NCBI GenBank assembly: GCA_051294905.1
Contig: CM119371.1
Location: forward strand, 9,052,001 to 9,116,000
DNA from: Botryllus schlosseri
Taxonomy: Eukaryota
Length of the DNA stretch: 64,000 nt
Direction of reading: 5' to 3'
The position numbers were made by a program, and so were the translations under genes. This document shows, piece after piece, positions 60,893 through 64,000 of the stretch. The notes below the pieces were generated by a model. That model ran no database searches. It had not been told where the DNA came from and saw nothing but the letters and a program-made list of their open reading frames with translations. The first letter of the stretch is position 1. Every line of letters begins with the position of its first letter.

Positions 60893-62136
60893 TAATCAAA
60901 GTATAGCAACCTTACACTTGATGCATATGTGTAGACGACGTCGATATATCAGAATGCGGTGGTGTAATCTCGAGTGCTGACATAGTATTAGAGTGAGATT
61001 ATCAATTTTGTAAGCTTTACACAAAATTAAAATCGGTTCAAACATGTTATGTTTCCGTCTTCCTTTCGGACCACATACGACATATTCAGTCGCCCACAAT
61101 CAACAGGAGTGCGAATCACGACGATAAAAGCAATTCTCCCCACGTTATAATCGATGTGGCTGCAGTAAACAGTCGAGTTTTTGTTAATTAGTATACCCTC
61201 TCGAAAACATTGAAAGATTGCGATACAATGAAAAGATAGGAAGATGTCGAATCGAATTCGAGTAGTCTTTGAAATCGGACATCCACCTTGGCTTACAGCA
61301 GTGGTGTCAAACTTATTTCAATTGCGTACCCTTTCAAACTATCTGTATGTATGACGTACCTCTTCAAAATAATTTTGTTTACGTTATAATCAATTGAAAG
61401 ACAAAATGCTATAAACTATAAGTATTGATGTATCTACAGTTGGAGTAGTCTTTGAAACCAGACACCATCTGAGCGTAGATGAGTGTTTCTTAACCTTTAG
61501 CAACCAGGCTAACGCCAAATATTCTCCCAGTTACAGAAAACAAAGACCAACCGCCCGCATTGGTTATCTAATGTATTGCTATTGAATATCGGTGCACAAA
61601 ATCAACTTTGCACCAACAAACGTGAAAGTACAAAATCATTAAAAGAACCACTTTTAAACAAAACCAAAATGCGACAGCGAATATTCAGTTCAAACCAATG
61701 TCACTTATACCAAGTATGAATAGAGCAGGGTTCACCTACTCAAAACCGGTCGCGTCCCACTTTTCAGATTTCGTGGAGTCTGCAGGCCGCAAGATTACAA
61801 TATCAAGACAAAATCGACCACGCAGTTTAGCAACAACTTTGTTAAAACTTTACGTCAGTACAACAACGCTGTTCTCTGTAACATGGGCGACTGCCATAGT
61901 TACCATAAAAGAAGTAATATTTTACTAAAGAAGTCCAAATACAACTAGAAATATCATGATCATCTATTTCATTTACTTTAGGTATGAGCTGCACACGATG
62001 CCACAACGCTTTTCAGCGAATAAAGAATCGATATTTAGGGCTAGCGAAGCACGGAACTAGCTGAAAGGCTAGCTCCTTCTGAAGCCCGATCGTCAGGGGA
62101 AGTCCTAAGCCGTTTTCTAAGCGTATTCGTCTTGAC

Positions 62137-63482
62137 CAGGGGTGGGCAATTATTTCCCTCCGCGGGCCAAATGAGAAATAGAAATTACGTTGGCGGGTCG
62201 AGTGAAAAATTCTAGCTATATTCCCGAGCGTATTTTAATTTTATTTCCGAATTACATTGTTTATAAATGCTGCTCAGTGAACGAGTTGATGTTATTTAAT
62301 GAGAAAGTGGTGACGGTTAATAAAAAATATCTATTTACCGTCATGATTCGAAACAATATTAAACATGATACATTTTTAAATCTCTTTAAACCCCTATCCA
62401 CGATCTTCTAATAAGACTCTAAAACAGTCGTTCTCAAATTTATTAAGCACGGCCCCTTTTATGATAGTGAAAAAATTTCCCGCGCCCCTTATCATGATAT
62501 CACAAAATGAAAAAGTGCAACCAGAATGCTAGCGATCCCAACGGATAGTTGGATGGCATGGGAGGTTATGGATATTGATGAGAGAATTCAGAAATATCAA
62601 AGACGGACAATACACAGAGCAACAACTTAAAGCTGGGGGTAAATCGCGCGGAGCGGCAAAAAAAAATCAATAATCTTCGGCTTCGCGCCCCCTTCAGAAG
62701 ATGCTTTTACGCACCCCAATTCGAGAACCACTGCACTGAAATGCATATGCGATAGTACAAAGCTTAGGGTCTCGGTCGCTGCATTCCGAGCAGTGTGAAG
62801 CTTAAATAGCCTTGATGTTGAGCGAAGCTTGCGTTTTATGTTTAATTCAGCCTCCCTTGACCGAGTGTTTCGTGTTGTTGTCATCAGACCGACTTTAATT
62901 AAAATCTTTAATCTCTGCGACATGCTCGGGAAAAACTTAAACGACGGGTTTACCCCTTTTCCCTAAACGATGGGTTTACCACTGACTCCTGTATGCAAAT
63001 ATTTAGTGCTCTAAACCTTCTTTGAATTTCAGTTTTCGGATTTCTTTTTTTCACATGCCCGTTTATTCTTTATGGGCGATAGATATGATGAGTCATATAG
63101 TAATAGCGAGCACTGATTGACTTGACTTTAGAAGCATATCACGTAACAATTTGAAACACAATACAGTATAATGCGTAATGAGACAATGGCAACAAAGAAA
63201 TTTGAACTAAACTATATGCAAATAGTGATTTCTTGTGACTTTAATTGCTACTCAAAGTTTACACATTGACCTCATTTTGAATCTGGATTACGCATTCGAC
63301 ATACGTAGGCAGCGTAATCGTGGCATATCAATGAACAGGCTTCAAAGTGAAGGAATTTACTGTTCATTTTATACAGCCTATGGTTTTAGTCAATCAAAAA
63401 TCAAGTTTTATGTTTTGAATTCCAAGCAACCTTTCGCGGGCCGCACAGAATAGCTTCGCGGGCCGCACTTTGCTCAGTTCTG
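62137..63482. mobile_element. Buster/Charlie-type hAT element
   Basis: CAGGGGTGGGCAA left TIR; degenerate TTTGCTCAGTTCTG right TIR; perfect TSD GTCTTGAC. Confidence 0.87.
62425..62733. mobile_element. MITE family H, copy 2, nested in 62137-63482
   Basis: CAGTCGTTCTCAAA / TTCGAGAACCACTG; TSD CTCTAAAA / CACTGAAA. Confidence 0.8.
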
Positions 63483-64000
63483 GTCTTGACAGTGTCTGGG
63501 CCATTGTACGTCAATATGCTCATTGCCCATTCATACTAGCTGGTTCGCCCACGATGGAATGCTGTTACCATCGCATAATTCACTTCAGCTAGTGAGGAAT
63601 AGTGATGTTGCGCAAAGACGAATAGCCCGCGCGTCGCGTGTCGGTGACTCTTGGAATAGTGTGTGAGAGAACCCCTGAGACTGGCGGAGCGTAACCCGGT
63701 TAAGAACCATATAAAATGAGGTAGCGTATGTCGGAAGGTCGATATATCATATCGTGATCGTGTAATATCGACCGCTGGCTAGCATTTATCTAGTAGAAGC
63801 TGCTGATACAGCTACAAAAGCGAATAGATGTCTCCATTGCAACGTTCTTTACATAGCCTCAGTCGCGAAGCGCATAACGAGATGATTACGCGCGGAGTGC
63901 TTTCATTCCGCAGAAAAAATAGATCGATTTTGCATATTTCAGCGTTTGCATAAGAAGCCGCTACTAGTCAAGAAGTGATATTCGCGTCGCAAAGAGAGTT

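Overview
This is AT-rich eukaryotic (invertebrate metazoan) genomic DNA, not prokaryotic. Very short GT-AG introns (66-69 nt) and dense MITEs suggest an ascidian or similar marine invertebrate (inference only). Genes reconstructed by hand: (1) a 7-exon SLC16/MCT-family MFS transporter on + (24886-34426, 431 aa, all splice phases consistent); (2) a 2-exon, 147-aa two-TM membrane protein on - (8642-8519 joined to 4282-3963) with TMEM100/PIRT-like architecture; (3) the Pro-rich first coding exon of a probable sister gene on - (285-138) that runs off the window; (4) an orphan 232-aa helical ORF on + (51749-52447). Most of the remainder is a deeply nested transposon landscape: at least 17 hAT MITEs or deletion derivatives with readable 7-8-bp TSDs (TAG-ended Ac-type and CAG-ended Buster/Charlie-type), Chapaev3 relics including a 2.5-kb head-to-head palindrome in MCT intron 4, an ISL2EU-like element with AT TSD, Kolobok-like foldbacks, L2, CR1-group and I/Nimb-group LINE fragments, and a tRNA-derived SINE. 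No rRNA, genuine tRNA gene or CRISPR array was seen. All homology calls are by-eye motif recognition; no searches were run.
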